Assembly (NCBI GenBank): GCA_963677895.2
Contig: CAXXGJ010000018.1
Span: 448,001-512,000 of the forward strand
Direction of reading: 5' to 3'
Length of the DNA stretch: 64,000 nt
Origin: Treponemataceae bacterium
GTDB taxonomy: Bacteria; Spirochaetota; Spirochaetia; Treponematales; Rectinemataceae
Shown here: positions 62,875-64,000 of the stretch, piece after piece
Layout: each line of letters starts with the position of its first letter
How positions within the stretch are numbered: position 1 is the stretch's first letter
Translations under genes and position numbers: made by a program
Notes under the pieces: model-generated
Database searches by the model: none
What the model was told of the DNA's origin: nothing
The model's input: only the letters and a program-made list of their open reading frames with translations

Positions 62875-63867
62875 ATGAACGTGAAGAAAGCATTCGGGAT
62901 TCTCGCCGTCCTTCTGCTTCTCTGCCCCGCACTCGTTTTCTCGCAGGCCAAGGCCAAGGTGAAGTACCGCCTGAACGTAGGCATGGTGGTCACCGAGACC
63001 GATCCAATGTTCATAGGAGCGCAGGAGTTCAAGAAGAATGTCGAGGCGCGGACGAAAGGCGAAATCGCCATCGGCGTCTATCCCAACTCCCTCCTTGGAG
63101 ACACCAAGGATATGCAGGAACAGGTGAAGGCCGGCGCGAACATCGCCGTCATCACCGACGCCGCCCGCCTTGCGGAAAGCGTTCCCGCCATCGGCATTCT
63201 GGGCGCGCCCTATATCGTCGACAGCGCAGAAGAAGCCAAAAAGCTCACGACCTCAACCCTCTTCAAGGGCTGGACGGACGAACTCGCCGACAAGTACGAC
63301 TACAGGGTTCTTTCCTTCAACTGGTACCAGGGAGCCCGCCACTTCTGGACCAACAAACCCATTAAAGTGCCGGCTGACCTGAAGGGATTGCGCATCAGGA
63401 CGCCGGGCGCCACGGTCTGGCAGGCTACCATCAAGGCCATGGGCGCCGAGCCCACATCCCTGGGCTGGGCCGAAGTCTATCCCGGCATCCAGCAGAAGGT
63501 CATAGACGGCGCCGAAGCCCAGCATCCCGCTTCCTCCGGAATCAGGATGTACGAGGTCGCCAAGTATTTGGCCAAGACCTACCACTTCCAGCTCGTGACC
63601 CCCCTCGTCTGCTCCGAGTCGTGGTTCCAAACCCTGCCCAAGGCTTATCAGGAAATTCTTCTCGAGGAAGCCCTGAAGGCCGGCGACTACGCCACCAAAC
63701 TGACCATCGACGGGCTCGCGGCCAACGAAGCCGAGTTCAAGTCCAAGGGCGTCATCATCTCCGAACCCGATCTCGCGCCTTTCAAGAAAGCCTGCGAAGC
63801 CGTCTACGATCAGATCCCCGGCTATAGGGATCTGAAGAACCAGGTCAACAAATTGCTCGGGAAGTAA
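62875..63867 (+). CDS. dctP: DctP family TRAP transporter substrate-binding protein
   Basis: Signal peptide, YPNSLLG, G.RH, DLKGLRIRT and EVY..IQQ.VIDGAE; ATG 62875 behind AAGGAG. Confidence 0.9.
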   Translation: MNVKKAFGILAVLLLLCPALVFSQAKAKVKYRLNVGMVVTETDPMFIGAQEFKKNVEARTKGEIAIGVYPNSLLGDTKDMQEQVKAGANIAVITDAARLAESVPAIGILGAPYIVDSAEEAKKLTTSTLFKGWTDELADKYDYRVLSFNWYQGARHFWTNKPIKVPADLKGLRIRTPGATVWQATIKAMGAEPTSLGWAEVYPGIQQKVIDGAEAQHPASSGIRMYEVAKYLAKTYHFQLVTPLVCSESWFQTLPKAYQEILLEEALKAGDYATKLTIDGLAANEAEFKSKGVIISEPDLAPFKKACEAVYDQIPGYRDLKNQVNKLLGK

Positions 63868-63883
63868 GCCTGAGTATCTTCGG

Positions 63884-63928
63884 GAGGAAGCCCCTGGCCG
63901 AACCTCGGTTCGCGGGCTTCCTCTTTTT
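63884..63928 (+). terminator. Hairpin with T tract after dctP
   Basis: GAGGAAGCCC..GGGCTTCCTC-TTTTT. Confidence 0.65.
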
Positions 63929-63958
63929 ACACACCCTAAGGGGAAGGCTGGAAAAACC

Positions 63959-64000
63959 ATGAAAACGTTGCGCGCCATCGATAACTACATTATAAAATCC
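63959..64000 (+). CDS. Start of a probable TRAP small permease (DctQ), truncated by the window edge
   Basis: ATG 63959, MKTLRAIDNYIIKS, directly after dctP; the assignment is positional only. Confidence 0.45.
   Translation, partial: MKTLRAIDNYIIKS

Overview
A GC-rich bacterial chromosomal segment, almost entirely coding. It is most likely from an anaerobic spirochaete (Treponema/Rectinema-like), inferred from the short 598-aa AlaRS and the dxs-(folP)-cdaA-cdaR-acpS-truA gene order. I see no phage, IS element, CRISPR array or rRNA. Housekeeping content: a GH13-addB-addA unit, alaS, dxs/folP/cdaAR/acpS/truA, rluD, rny-ymdB, tRNA-Leu(GAG), thrA, carD-ispDF, ftsH, cls and two TRAP transporter loci. 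The central 31.9-44.0 kb block encodes a 2-oxoacid:ferredoxin oxidoreductase, methylmalonyl-CoA mutase/MeaB/epimerase and a Na+-pumping methylmalonyl-CoA decarboxylase (MmdADCB). Divergent from it is a pyruvate/oxaloacetate carboxyltransferase with no biotinyl domain, whose tail mimics the MmdD/OadG docking helix; this suggests a shared-subunit decarboxylase/transcarboxylase system. Other candidates are a standalone ~85-nt sRNA with an anti-Shine-Dalgarno loop (50.6 kb), a ~320-nt structured leader of an RRM protein gene, an AT-rich palindromic operator island inside the propionate cluster, an internally deleted GH31 (YihQ-like) pseudo-enzyme and a membrane-anchored AraC regulator. Three single-base frameshifts (cdaR, meaB twice) are probably sequencing errors. 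All product calls come from motif recognition by eye; no searches were run.
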